Assembly (NCBI GenBank): GCA_009103225.1
Contig: RHPI01003762.1
Span: 62,001 to 126,000 of the forward strand
Direction: 5' to 3'
DNA: 64,000 nt
DNA from: Chlorokybus atmophyticus
Lineage: Eukaryota; Plantae; Mesostigma and Chlorokybus algae
Below are positions 38,945-52,356 of the stretch, piece after piece. The position numbers were made by a program, and so were the translations under genes. Position 1 is the first letter of the stretch; each line of letters opens with the position of its first letter. The notes below the pieces were generated by a model. The model did no database searches and had not been told where the DNA came from. It saw nothing but the letters and a program-made list of their open reading frames with translations.

Positions 38945-39469
38945 GTGTAACATATATGCAATGTTATGCATGTGACCCCATTGTGTACAGAATGTGCAAG
39001 GGATATATGCAACGCGCATGACACATGCATGGACACGACAGTGAATTACAACAGCATTCACCTCAGTCACGACCACCGGGCCAATCACACATGATAGCAT
39101 ATGCCATACACACTGTCTACCACTTCCTACTTCACTACTCGACTGTACATGACTGCATGTAGGGTCACAAGTAGAGCGTGTTGTTCATGGGTGTGTGCAG
39201 CGTGTCTCGCTGCACCAATGCACCACCCCACGTACTGGTGCATACATGTCCTGCATTCGATGTACACAAGTGTACAAAATGCATAACATGCAAACCCATG
39301 TGTGTGTGTAACATATATGCAATGTTATGCATGTGACCCCATTGCATTGTGAACATGACATGCACACACACATGCACACTTGCACACGCCAGCAAACAAC
39401 TTCTTACACCACCGGGCTACCTATACAAACTAGGTAGCTACTTTCGCTAAGCCCTTGCCCCGTTAGTCA
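38945..39469. repeat. Degenerate tandem duplication (~340-360 bp period) including a copy of the dispersed short element
   Basis: GTGTAACATATATGCAATGTTATGCATGTGACCCCATTG at ~38945 and ~39306; ACCACCGGGC at ~39072 and 39408. Confidence 0.7.
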
Positions 39470-40417
39470 ACATGCATGCGTAGTTACCTGTACACAAGTA
39501 GAGTCCCCACAGTTAGGCACCGGTGTGGCTGTAGTTGTGGCAGCAGCACAAAGCAGACGGACTCCCCCTCCCTCTGCTCTCTCGCTCTCTCTCCACCCGC
39601 CGCCCTGCTTCTCTCTTGGCAGTCTGCGCCCCTGCTGCTGTTGACGCTGCCAGGGTTGCAGTGTCAAAGTCAGCAGTACGCAACTGCGTGCAAGGCTGTG
39701 TACCAAGCAGGCCTCACTTCAACGCTGAAAGCGCACTCAGTTGTCTTTCTGCCTCCACTACCTGCACATTATGCAAATCGTTCTCTATATATAGCATTTG
39801 TTGCAGTGAGTCAAATAGACAACTATTTGCGCAACACCGTATGCACAGGTGTGGAACAAACGCAAGCAGCTCTGCGTCCGGCATATATGCACAGATGTCG
39901 CATCAAAAAGAAGCTTGTCTATGGCATGCAAGTGTGCGACATTCAATCACAAGCTTACACATGTGCGCACAGAACCGTTGCTAACCCCAAATGTTCGGAC
40001 TAAGACAAGGCGGCCGCAGTTGGCCACAAGTCACCATAACATAAGTGGTGATGGGGTTGTGGGCTTGGTGGGGTTGGCTTTGGGGACTTATGTGTTAAGG
40101 ATATGTGAAGTGCTGTGTGCGGACATGGTTCACCATGGATGGCGGTGAGTGCTGGCAGTGCACATGGCATAGCACAACATACATTGGGGCTTGGGCCAAC
40201 CCTTTGCTTGTTGCACGCATTGCATTGCACTAGCACTAGCATACCCTTGTGATCTTATGTGAAACCGTCCATAGCTGGAGATTGGCACTACACAGCAGTA
40301 CATTGACTGCAGTAGGCTTGGATGCAAACCAGTTAGCCAATTCATGGCCTGGTCTAACAGGTGTCATCAAGTACAACAGCGAGCAGTTGTGTCACAGAGA
40401 CGCGCGGAGATATGTCA

Positions 40418-43303
40418 TCAGTCAAAAACAAATTGCTTCACTGTGCGGTCGGTGATGAACTCCAGCGTGTCCACGTCAATGTTAAAGCGCCAGAACGCAT
40501 CGGTCCGGCCGGCAACAGCCCGCGGCGTCTTCCATGGCGTCTTGCTGCCGCCACCGCCACCACAACGCCGCACGCAACACTCCTTCACAACCGCATTGAG
40601 CGTGCAATGCTCTCTGCGCGACGGCGCGCGCAGCAGCTCGCGGTCGGAGTCAAAATCCGCTGGCAGCACCATTCGCCTGCACCATCAAACAAACAGCGTG
40701 TCGTGCACCATACCACAACATGACACAATCAACTGGTAATGATCATGTAAGTCGTACCTCCCGGCAGCGGTCTCAAGCGAAGCCAGCTCTCGCATGCTGT
40801 AAAGGTGTATGAACTCCATCCACCATTCACCCGGTTCGCCGTCGTGCGCCAGCAATTGGTAGAAGCTGCACGGCTCCACCATTGCCGTCGCCTTGTCCTC
40901 TGCAAAGCTGCTACTGCTGTCGGCTCGCTGCGTGCTGGCATGCTGGATGCAATCCGCGCGAATGCGCACGCACTGCGTTTTCTTCTTGGTCTGGTGTTGA
41001 AGTGAGCGTACTCAGTCACAACCACATCACAAAGTGCGCAACGAACAAACTATGGATCATGGAATGCTGACAAGGCAACATCATGTGCTTACATTCAAAA
41101 CGACCTCCTTGCCGTGTCCGCTCGGAAACAGCAATCGTATCTGCTCTGCAAACAACACGCCGTTGAGACTGGTCAACCCATGGCATTTCTTCACCGTTGT
41201 GGCTCTGGGAGCTTTGCTCAGCTTCTTCAGCGGCACGACCGCCCACGGAGACCGGCTGTCATACTCGCTCCAGACCTCCGCACCGGGCGCCACAGACGCG
41301 TGCGAGCGCAGCTGCCTCGTGGCTGTGGTGGCGGTAGACGGCGTGCACGCCTCCGACTCCCGATCATCCTCGCGAGCAGCGCCCAGTTTCTGTATGCGGA
41401 AAGGGCTGTTGAACCTCCGCGCAAAGGATGATGATCGGAATGGCGTGCGAAACGGACTACAACCTGATGGCTGCGCGCGATCGTCAGCACCTTCACATTT
41501 CGGTTCAGCCGTGTAAGAGCTGCTCGGTGTCGACGATGTTGTTGTGTTTGTGTGTGTTCTATGGTGGGTAAACCTGCTGCTTATGTCCTCGCATTCATCG
41601 TGCTGCTGGTGTTGTCGGTACGGTGTTGCAATGCCGGACTTCGGTGCATATGCAGCGTCCGAACATGATGCAGTGTCACTCGCGGCCAATGACGTGTTCC
41701 AGCTTGTCTCGGGAACATCGCTCTTGCTGCCGGGTGACCAGCTGGCATGGAACAAGCTCTCCGGGCCCTGCTTGCTGTCGGTCAAAGAGCGCAAGATCAA
41801 GGCTTCAGTCTGAAGGCCCAGCAAATCCACTGTCTTCTGCTGCTCTTTTCCTGCTGGTGATGCTTGACAATCGCGCTCTGCCCCTGATGATGACGGACCA
41901 TACGCGTCCTCGTTGAGCCTTTGCCAGCAGCATATGCAGTCTAACAGCCACTGTACAAGTTGCACACAGCAGACACATTACATGAGAGATCAGCTGATGG
42001 ATTGATAATGTACACACAGGTTACAGAAGCATGCGTGCTGCAGACATACCAAACGACCAGTTAGACACACCCCAGGACTTCCCCGTGAGCGTGTGAAGAG
42101 GTGCTACTGTACTGTAACGTGTCGTACAGCCATTGTATTGAACTGACCTTGTGGCTGACAACATGCACGCCCCATTCCACAGCTTTTTGGTACTTAAGCC
42201 CTTCAAAAGCACTGCACATGTGAAACATTATGAGCGCGATCATCAGCGCAACCACCACAGCTCGCGACTTTGCAACATGTAATCTGGCACTCACTTGCGA
42301 CACAACAGATGCGTCGTGCGCCCATACGTGAGATCCCCACTGAGAGTCGCCCCGGCAGCCTCCACGAGACTACGCAGCTGCTGCCTGTCCACGCCCGCAT
42401 AGCCCGTCCCACACAACAACTGCAACGAGCAATGTTGTTACTGAGCAGCAGTTTTCACAATGATCTCACTGCTAGTATGCATGCACACATGGTTGACATC
42501 ATGTAATAGACTGGGACACACAAGTAATCTTACCAGCTTTTTCATGCCGGGTATGCCGAGCGTATTGGCAACAGGGGTGTAGAGGACGAACGAGTGCAGC
42601 TCGCACAGGCGCCCATGCTTGAGGGAGTCTGTCACCCACATCATGCTCACAGCTGCCCGCCCTTCATGTTTGGCCTGGTGGAGTACATACGCTTCATGCG
42701 TGCATGTGCATGCATATGTATGTATGTATGGTTCAAGTGATCATTTTCACACGTCGTGTATGCAAGTACAAAAAACGATGTGTCTGCTCCAACACATGCG
42801 CATGCGCACACGTAGACACAGCTGCAATGCGCTGATGGGTGTGAGCATGAGTGCGACAGGTGAGTATTGACTGCATGGAAAGGATGGGACAGTGACCTCG
42901 CAGCGACCTGCTGGTAATCTCTGTGCTCCTGACTGTGCACGACAACGTGCGTGCAGCGGGTGCTGCTGCCGGCGCCATTGACGTCTGCAGCAATGCCGCC
43001 GCCCTCTCGCCTCACCAGCCCCGCCACGGCATCCACCTCATCCGCGCTGTACTCCGCAGAAAAGTACAGCACCAAACCCGCAAACACGCCTGCATACGAG
43101 ACAACATACGGGCATCAACGCCCTCAACCTCCTCCTCTTCCTCATTCTCTTTCTCCTCCTTATCATGGTCGTCGTCAAGCAAGCTAACAGAAAACGTCAC
43201 CTCTCTCACCTCGTCGGGCAGCGCCGGCAGGAGCATGGCGGTTGTGGTTGTCATTGTGCATTGCGCCAGTAGGAGGGCGGGGGAAGGGGGGCGTGCTGTC
43301 CAT
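40418..43303 (-). CDS. Tandem-BRCT protein (N-terminus At4g02110/TOPBP1-like) with a low-complexity linker and a BAH-like C-terminal domain
   Basis: Exon 1 43303-43210 (G|GTGAG) joins GVFAGLVLYFSAEY..CTHVVVH..WVTDSLKHG..LYTPVANTLGIPGMKKL. BRCT2: GTGYAGVDRQQLRSLVEAAGATLSGDLTYGRTTHLLCR..FEGLKYQKAVEWGVHVVSHK/WLLDC. C-terminal exons join in phase 2: SFYQLL..GEWWMEFIHLYSMREL..DRELLRAPSRREHCTLNAVVKECCVR..AFWRFNIDVDTLEF. BRCT assignment is firm; BAH is by eye. Confidence 0.8.
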
Positions 43304-44859
43304 GACGACCCCCTCCGCCGCCTGCACCTCCGCCGCCTCCGCCGCCGGCTGCTGCTTACTGCGCGCATGTGGCAGCTCTCGCTAAGCTTTGCTGCAATGG
43401 ATTGCACTCAAGTACGAAAGTTCAAATCTGCGCAGAAAGAGCAAACGAACGGAATCGTATTCGAGATACGTCATCGATTGCATACGCCACAATTGGCGAC
43501 TTCGTTTTCACACAATCGCTTTTCCTCCCGAATGATTGCGAGTCGCATGATGTGATACAGACTCTTCTGAAGACAATTGACACGTAGCAGTCCACTCTAA
43601 CGTCCGCTCTAACGTGTGGCATTGCATGCAAGTTGCATGCCGCATGATGCAACTCGTGCTGTCACAACTTGTGCACACATGCAGGCTATCAGTTACTGTG
43701 GATGTCTGCTGTTGTGGTTGGTGTTGAAATGGTGTAAGCCTTGTCTTGGCGCACTTACCAACACATTATGCATTATGTGAGCGATAAGTTCAAGGATTTT
43801 ATTTGCCTTTATCGCCATCGGTTTGCAAAGATTATGCTAATCGCCCAGGTGAACCGCACGAGATGGAGACATTGAATATGAGGTGACAAATTGTCATTAT
43901 ATAATGTCATTTTACAATATACACGTTGAATGCAAACTCACTCATGCAAGGGGTGTTGACGTATATGTATGGTATGACCGCATAAGCTATCAATGGATGA
44001 TGCGTTAGCAATCTTTTAGTGTGCTTCGCGCAACTTTAATGTAATGCTAATTATACATAATCAGATCAGATGTCAAACCACCAGACGTATATATCTTGGA
44101 ACCAGCACCACACATAGGGTATAGCATTGCAAACATAACTGCGGCGTCATGCACTGGCACACACGCGTACCCAGCCAAGCACAAGCACACAAGCTGATGA
44201 CCAGCAAGCAGCCTACAAAGCTAAGGGGGCTGGGCTACGTGCAATGTGCTCACGAAGCAGGACATGACGGCTGCAGCAGCGTCCAACAGCGGTAACTTGC
44301 AGGAGGAGGAGGAGGAGGAGAAGGGAGAGAGGAGACCATGAGGCAGGCAAGGACGGCAACGACCACAGACAATTCTAATGTACGCATACAAACAAGCAGT
44401 AGAGAGCTTGCGTACCACCATCAAATCAATACTATTGTTACTAACAATACTTTGCTAAACATGTCACACACCATGTGGAAGACTGATCTCGTTGTTGTGT
44501 TGCCAGCCAGCCTCTTCTACATCTGCTTTACATCAACACCACCTGCACTAGCGTGACCCGCAAGTCAACCAATGCTGCGGCAATTCCACATAACTTGCAA
44601 CCACTACTACATTTTCACACCAACTCCCCGAGCAGCACATAGTGACAACGCAATTGTACCACACGATCTGCATCCAATCAAGCCTATCTCTATATGATTG
44701 CGGGCTGCGCACTAACGTGCGCATGATTACCACAGATCAATGCAACAGCAGGCAACACAATGCTTGCCCACAAATGCAATGTTTGTTGCAACATGTTGTC
44801 ATGCCCACATACTTACACCTGACCACAGCAGACTGACAGTGTGCCAACAGAAGACCTTG

Positions 44860-45070
44860 CACATGCGGAGCACGACACTGGCTGCAACTCAAGGCAACAA
44901 TACCAAAACGCTGGCCTTTCAAACGGCATCTCAGAAACCTGTCTACCTGATTATTATTGCTGTCAAGCTCCTAACGGCGGCTCCATTCGGGGGTGATGAA
45001 GTGCTGCTTTCCTGGTTGCAGAAGCACACGGTGAAGGCGTGCAATGCACCCCTTTCTTGTGAATCCTGCA
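44860..45070 (-). pseudogene. Inverted, degenerate copy of the last exon (with its acceptor and start of the 3' UTR) of the adjacent TRS120 gene
   Basis: The minus strand reads TGCAGGATTCACAAGAAAGGGGTGCATTGCACGCCTTCACCGTGTGCTTCTGCAACCAGG..ATCACCCCCGAATGGAGCCGC..GTTTGAAAGGCCAGCGTTTTGGTATTG, aligning with 51183-51392 (+). It has a 1-nt deletion and AAG>TAG relative to the source. Confidence 0.85.
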
Positions 45071-45447
45071 GTACGTACCAGGCAAAGCTTACATAGAGGT
45101 TGCCAGCTAGCATGCGGCTGTGTTTGGTCTACCACACACAGCCCAGGCTGAGCAGCCCAGCAAACGGCGGCTGTGCGACGCAAGCGCTCTTGCAGCGGGC
45201 CTAAGCGCTCCTCCTCCTCCTCCTCCTCCTCCTCTGCCGCCGCCGCTGTCGCCATCGTCCTGCGCTTCCGTTGCCGCCGCCGGCACCATGGCATGGTCCA
45301 GTACAGAGTGCTGCACGGCAAACTAACAACTTTGCTTTTTTTTTGTCCTTAGAGCAACGGGCAGGTTGTTGGTTTGCCGCCGCCCGAGTCGGCGGCGGTG
45401 GGTTGGGGGGCGGGGCGAGGACAAAGAGAACGAGGAGGAGAGGAGCG

Positions 45448-48400
45448 ATGGGGGGTGTGGGAGCCGATGGCGCATGGGTGGCGCAGTTCCCCGGCAGCAT
45501 GGATGAGGCGTCTCAGCTGGATGCCACCGTGGAAGACCTGGCCCGCATCCGCATTGTGAGCGCACACACAACGATTCAGCCAGATCTACTTTATTCAGTT
45601 TGTTACACAGGCAGCATGCTCGCCACAATCAACTTCTCAGTGCATTGCCGGAAGCTGTCAGCAGCTCCTTTTCGTTGTGTTGGTGCCTGCTATGCATGTT
45701 GCTACGTAATCAACAGCACATGTCCGCCAAGATCAAAGACGTAGTGAATGGGTGTTTGGCAGGCAATCATACCTGTCGGCGAGTTTCCAACGCAGCTGTA
45801 TGACCAATACGCCACCGCGGTGAGAACAGCATGCGAGCAAGTTTTCCACACAGCAGTCGAGAGCTAAGGGATTGCATGGCACGCAGCTTGAATGCTAACA
45901 GTCTGGGGTGTTTCTGCATGACAGATCCGAGCTGTTACAGAGCTTCAGCTGAAGGATGTGCATCCGTTTCACACAGACAGCATACAATGTATGCAGCTGT
46001 AGAATTATACAACAGTGCACACATGCGCAGAGTGTATTGCCTGCCAGCTGTAGTCATTTTTATAACCTCTGCTTCGTTGATTTGCAGCCCCGTTTGCACG
46101 CCTCTCGTGGTCGACGGGGTGGTTGCACTGCCGATACGTGGAGGGCACGCAGCCGAGCGGGCTGTCGGCGGTGCTTCCGCTGGAGCTCCCGCGCACGGGG
46201 AGCGGCTCAAAGCTCAGTGGCTACTCCAGCTCCGGCAACTTGGCCTCACCCACAGGAGGCAGCGGCAGCAGCGCCGCCTCCTCGCCCACTGGCCCGCCAA
46301 CATCATCGGGCTTCGCGGATGTTGGGTAAGTTGTGTAGTACAATTGGGCAAGTGCTTCTGCCATCCGTTACTATGTTTCTTATTGTGTATAATTGTCACA
46401 GACGCACATCTTCACGGACTGGTGAGGACTTGCAAATGCACAGAAAGGTGCTTGGTGTCATTGGCATATGCCATTGCCCAACTACAGAAGACGTGATTGA
46501 AGCTTCACGTAAGCTGGTGTGGACTTGTAGTAGTTGCTATCTACCACCTGCGAGCTGTAACATGATTGTGTGCCACCTGCAGGGACATTCCGCATTATGT
46601 GCAAAGCCTTTTCAAGCGCGCTTGCAATCAGATGTTTTGGGTTCAGTGCGAGCAGTGAGCAGGTGTGCTGACTGTCTCTAACTCAAGACGATTGTTATCA
46701 TGCGTCTCCGTCTGGACACAACATTTGATGGGTGGTGCATTCAAATCTTGCGTGCAGATGCGGTTGGAAGACAGAAAAAAGCGCAACCTGGTGCTGTTCG
46801 GACAGCAAGAACCTGAGGAGCTCCAGAAACATATTGTGACACTCGTCCAAGACTTTGCGGCCTTGCTGATCATGGAGTTTGAGAAACTCGGCGCTGTTCT
46901 ATCACAACTGGCACAGGTTTGATGCAGCTCACTGTTGTGGTTGTGTGCTTGCCCAATCCACACAGTGCAACAGACACAGCACAATGCAGGCGGAGATGGC
47001 GCAAATGCATAGCCAGCAGGCAGGCATGGAATCGTTGGCAATTAACCGCATTGTGGAAGAGAACCGGCGCTCACAAAGGCAGCGCATAGCACGGTCGCAG
47101 AAGTCAGTAGCAGATTATGCTATGCTGGCGGGCTCACCAGCTGACGCAAGAGTGTTGTAAGTCTGCGTGTGCTGTTGTGTTACTGACCAACATGCACGCA
47201 AAGTTGCCTTACCGCTGTGCATTGTTCAGCTATGCTGCATCGGCAGAAATGGCGCGCAACTCGGGGGACACTGCGTGGTGGGCTGCTTCAATTGAGGGTT
47301 CTGCGTGCGCGGCAGTCATCGGCCGTGACAGAGTACCAAAGGCAGAACTTGAACAGACAAAAGCCGACCTCCAGGAGGCCATAGCTTTATATAAAAAAAT
47401 TGGAGTGCCTCTGCTTGAACTGGAGGCCACCTTGCGGCTGGCCAAACTTCTCATTCAGCAGAAGTTGTTGAAGAAAGAGGTGGATGCGTATGGCTTGAGA
47501 GCAAATGCGCTGTTGCTGCTAGCACGTACTCACAATGTAGTTGTCATATCCGCACAGGCGGCCAATCTGCTGATGAATGCTGTCGTGGACGTTGGGGTGG
47601 CACTCCCAGAGTCGGGACGATTAGCACTCGCTTTGGAAGCAGCTCGGCTTTTTGGGTACACCTGCTGCAGATGAATGTAGCCCTGCTGACTGCAACTCTG
47701 CTGGTGCTGTGCATGCTGGTTTGTGGGCGTCTCATTTTGCTGTGGTTAAAGTGCTGATCATACGCATACGTCTAGGCACATGGGCTTTCATAGGAAGAAG
47801 GTGTTTTTCTTGAGATGGGCGTCCAAGGTGGCAACGGTGCACATCTTGTTTTGTTAGCGTATTATGTCCCCACAATTTTCATTTCGAAACCAACGATGCC
47901 TTGCTGGTTGCAGATGTGGGAACGCAAGAGAACAGACGAAGGAGCAAGACATGCACTGCAGTTGCTGATGGCCACAGAGCCACACTACTATCAGCAGTTC
48001 ACGCCACATGATGATTGGGTATGTTTGCTGCAAGGCTGCCTGACATTGGTTGTGCTGATTGGTCTGCAATGGTAGGGTAAAGGTCATCGACTTGTCTCAA
48101 GGCAGTCAAGGTGGGCATCATTGCAGGTATGCATTGCCGCATGTTGTCGAAGGCTTCACATTGTTACCCCACGATGGCCGATACATGCTTGGCCACAGTT
48201 GACTGTCCTTGGAGAGATCCTGGACTTGTCTGTGCAGTCCAACAACTCGCTGGGCGCATGGACAGCCGCAGCACAGCTGCTCAGGTGACAGCCCGTTGCG
48301 TATGCAGAAGTGTTGTTGTGCAATTCTGTGTGCAACGCACTTGTGACGGACACGCGTCTCGTGTCAAGCTCCGAAATGCAACACGCCTTGCGCCTGTTGA

Positions 48401-51361
48401 TTATGTCCTAATGAAAGTGATGTGTTTAGGGATCACTATGACAAGATTCCTGTGGATGGCCAGCAGGCTTTGGCAACTGATCTTGTTTGTGCGGCACGTC
48501 GCATGCCACCAGGTGCTGCGCTGAGTCAAGGATACTTGTCACGCACGTGACGCTCAGATGTAAGCTGACTTGATAGCATGAACATGCTTACAGGCACCAG
48601 CTGTCAAGTTGCAGCACTCCCACTCGTGCGACTGAATGCATACCCACCACCGCCGCGCCACATGGTAGCCATCAAGAGGGTGGAGAAGACGCGCAAAGGG
48701 CCATTCATATATTCGCCATTTGAGAACAGGCCAGGCAAAGGCGCTGAGGTCTTTTGGGTTGCCGGGGAAGTAGCTGAAGTTACTGTGGAGCTTTGTAACC
48801 TTTGCACCTTTGAGGTAACACCAACCACCACCTGCGTGTGCACCCATTGTTGGATTGTGATTGTTGTAATCCATGTTGTTTGTCACAGGTGGTGGTTGAC
48901 GCACTGTACCTCAAAGTGGATCGCAGCAGTGAGTTTGAAGCACTACCACTAGCGACAAGAGTGCCTCCAAACACACCCTCATTGACTCTCACATTGGCGT
49001 GCATACCTCGCACTCCTGGGCCATTGATGTACGTTGCAAAGGTCCTTGTGAGTGTGGATGTCATAGCAAGGGTTGCTCATGTTGTCGCATTTGCAGAGTA
49101 CAAGGTTGCGTGGTTCAGAGTTTTGGCATGCTCAGCGAGCATCGTTTTGATACCGCGAGCAAGGGTCCAACCACAGCGGTAACCGTCGTTCCTCCTCTGC
49201 CATTGGTGTTTGCTGGCGTGTACAGCGACAATGCCGGCAAAAAGCGCGTCAAGCTTGATGAAGGCCGTGCCAGTTTGGCACTATACCCTGGCGAGGTGCC
49301 AACAAAACCACCAGTGCATGTACACAATCTGCCAAAGGAATGTAAGCCTCAACCATGCCAACCCCTAACCATATGCAATCCGTGTGCAGTGCCGAAGCAT
49401 GTACTTGGAGCTCCGCAACTTGGGTATTGTGGCCATGACAGAGGTACGCTATGCTTTTTGCAGATAGCATGCAAAAAACAAACGACTCATCACCCGATGG
49501 CTCGCAGGCGGTTGTGGTGGTTGCGCAGCAGCTATGCACTCTGAAGGTCATAAACGATGCTCTTCAATTTGCATTGCCTTTGGAACCCAGACACGGTGTC
49601 ATGGTGCCATTCAAACTGATAGCTGCGCCTCCGAGCGTGCCGATTAAGGAGGCTGCAGCTGCCGCAGTGGCGACATTGAATGTGGACTACTCGGGCTTGA
49701 CATCCGCGGATGATTCATCTGGGCAGTATGGCCGGCGGCAAACGCTTGATTTTGACGTAGTGCAAAAGGAGGGGTTGCATGTGCAGGACGTGACAATTCT
49801 GCCATACCAACCTGGCATGTTGCGGCGTTCCCATGATGGCACGCGCAGAGTGTGGATGACTGTCAGCCATGAGTTACACGCTGCCGGTCTGACTCTCAAA
49901 GACCTTGAGCTCAGCACCGATGTTGATGAGACCTCCCTCTTCGTCGTTGAAGTGGACATTGAGAACAAGTCCAACTTTCCTTTCCGTCTGGCTGCTGGCA
50001 CTGTGGATGACGTGGAGTCGCACGCGCCCACAGATGCGTGGTGCCCAGTGGAAACCCAACAGCAGTTGATAGTGATGGTTGTTGCGAGACGCTTCCATGT
50101 GGAGCTTGCAGAACCAAACACAAGCGACCCTGCGCGCGCCCCTAATGCACCCGTGCGCGGCAGTGATGGTGCCGTGCTCACGGGTGCAGCAGCCCAGGAA
50201 GAGCTGATGCGCCAGTGCTACGCCGCTGCGCTATCCGAGCAGGTGTCCCTTGCCTGATTGCACTGCTGCTAGTACACAATTCACGCCCTCAAGTTGTCTT
50301 TTCAATTTATGCATTTAGCATTTCGAATGTTCCTCTATGCCTATGCAGAAGTGTGTCCTGGCACAACGTCTGCCTTGGTATGCTACAAGAACTTTACGCT
50401 GCAAGCTGATATGCGAATTGTGTATGTCTGGAGTTCTGCCGCCCTTGGTCATATCAGTGCCTTGTTATGTCCACAGTCACATCAGCATACATGAGTTAAC
50501 GTGCTCTCATTGCTGCAGATAGCCATCATGTGGCGGTGCGACGACGGGCAGTGCGGGACACTACCCTGCTTGGTGCTCGCCTACCAAGAGCTGAACGCGA
50601 CCACACTTGCAATCGTGCAGCCGGACCCCATTAGCTTTCGGTTTTTGTTGGATACGACCGAGCGCATAAGCAGTGGTACAAGCAATGGCGCAGTGGACAT
50701 CGAGGCGAGCAACAATACGCAATCCAGTACGTGCTCCACGGGATCCCTCGCAACCGTCACCATGTGCATCCGCAACAAGAGCAAACAAAGCCAGCAAGTG
50801 CTGCTCTCTGTGCGCTGTGAGGTAGGCATCACACACACCACGTGTTTATGGGGTAGGCAAAGGATGCACTTGTGGTACTATTTGTGGAAGTCAGTACCAA
50901 CGTGCCCGCGCAGGATGACTCTGCTGCAGAGTGTCTTTCTCCAGAGCAGGAAAAGACACTGTGGGCAGGGTGTCTGACAGATGTGGAAATACAGGTCAGT
51001 GTCGCACCACCTTCTTCTGGATGCCTGACTGCACTGTCCTATCATACGCATACACATGGTCCTCTCACACGCATAACAATGCATGCCTGTTTTTTGCTGC
51101 ACTCAAGCTGCAAAACACCAACATACTGGCAATGTTGCATGCTTTGTGCATTGAAGCCTGTGTGGCTCACATATGCTTGCGATGCAGGTGTCATCAGAAG
51201 GGGATGCATCGCATGCCTTTGCCTTGTGCTTTCTGCAGCCAGGCAAGTACTACATCACCCCCGAATGGAGCCGCGTCAAGGAGCTCGACAGCGACGATCA
51301 CGTGTACAAATTCCCAGGGCGTCGTTTGAAAGGGCAGCGTTTCGGTATTGATGTCACTTGA
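45448..51361 (+). CDS. TRS120: TRAPP II subunit TRS120/TRAPPC9
   Basis: LDATVEDLARIRI; FQMHRKVLGVIGICHCP; LVQDFAALLIMEFEK; RIARSQKSVADYAMLAGSPADA; SAEMARNSGDTAWWAASIEGSACA; LELEATLRLA; KGPFIYSPF; WVAGEVAEVTVELCN; C-terminal HAFALCFLQPGKY..*, TGA at 51361; collinear with Arabidopsis TRS120. Confidence 0.93.
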
Positions 51362-51579
51362 AGTTGCAGCCGCAGTCTCATAGCCCGTATGTATTCATTT
51401 GGCCGCTGGCAGCTTAACAGTCAGGACAAACGTATGTACATAAGCCCTAGAGCACACATGCAAGTAGACGTGTGATACTGACAACACAACTTACTCTTGT
51501 GAACATTGCTTCAGTTGTGGTTTTACTCTAGGAGTTGAGCGCAGATGTGCACAAACTCCAACCATCAAGAGTACATCGC

Positions 51580-51965
51580 AGTGTACAAAAGATGGTACAC
51601 TAGAGTAAGCACATGCATAGTGTAAAGCAAACAGCGCCTACAGCCAGCCGCCACCGCTCACATAAGCACTTCACCACCGGGCTGCGGCTATCTATCAGTC
51701 GCTACCTCTACCTACCTAGTGTGATCCGAGACATGTATTAGTTTCAATGTCCATATGTAAATGATGTAAAAAGAATGCTGGCTGTGTACAAGAGATGGTA
51801 TGTTAGGGTGTACGAAAGGTGGTACGCTGCAATGCGATCTGTGCAGCACTCAGCTAATGTGCATGGTGTAAAGCACACAGCACCTGCAGCCAGCCGCCAC
51901 TGAGATTACAACACCACCATCGGACTAACAGCTATCTACCACTAGCACGCTAATACTCTACCTGC
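51580..51965. repeat. Degenerate direct repeat (two ~130-180 bp units) downstream of TRS120
   Basis: GTGTACAA(A/G)AGATGGTA..GTGTAAAGCA(A/C)ACAGC..(A/G)CAGCCAGCCGCCAC..CACCACC..GCTATCTA..CTCTACCT occurs at ~51580-51715 and ~51783-51965. Confidence 0.65.
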
Positions 51966-52356
51966 CCCGCTTTGTTGTGTAGGTTGTTTCAGGAGTTACT
52001 ATGCAAGACAACGTGGGCTGTTGACGACGTAGTATTGGCGTGTGGGGTTAATGGACGTCATGCAATACTCGTTGTCGACTGCATGGGAGCAGGCAGTGTG
52101 ATGCAAGCAGATGCAGGGGAGTAGGTTTGCTCAACAGGCTGGCTTGGCAAAGCAACAACAGACTGGTATTCCACAGGCTGTCCAGTACGTTCCGCAAAAC
52201 TAAGCAACACCTACCAGGTGCCAAACTTACTTACACATACATAATGCCAAGAGTGGCACCGACCGCAAGGCCGGAAACCACCCTTGCACCACCTCGCCAA
52301 CCCCGCCTCCCCAAGCAGTAACTATATGTACACGCAGGCAGGGCTCTCACACTCTC

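Noticed and set aside
40094-40104. ATATCCTTAAC on the minus strand (U12-type donor or branch consensus)
   Set aside because: It lies downstream of the BRCT gene's apparent stop, with no partner splice site or exon to connect.
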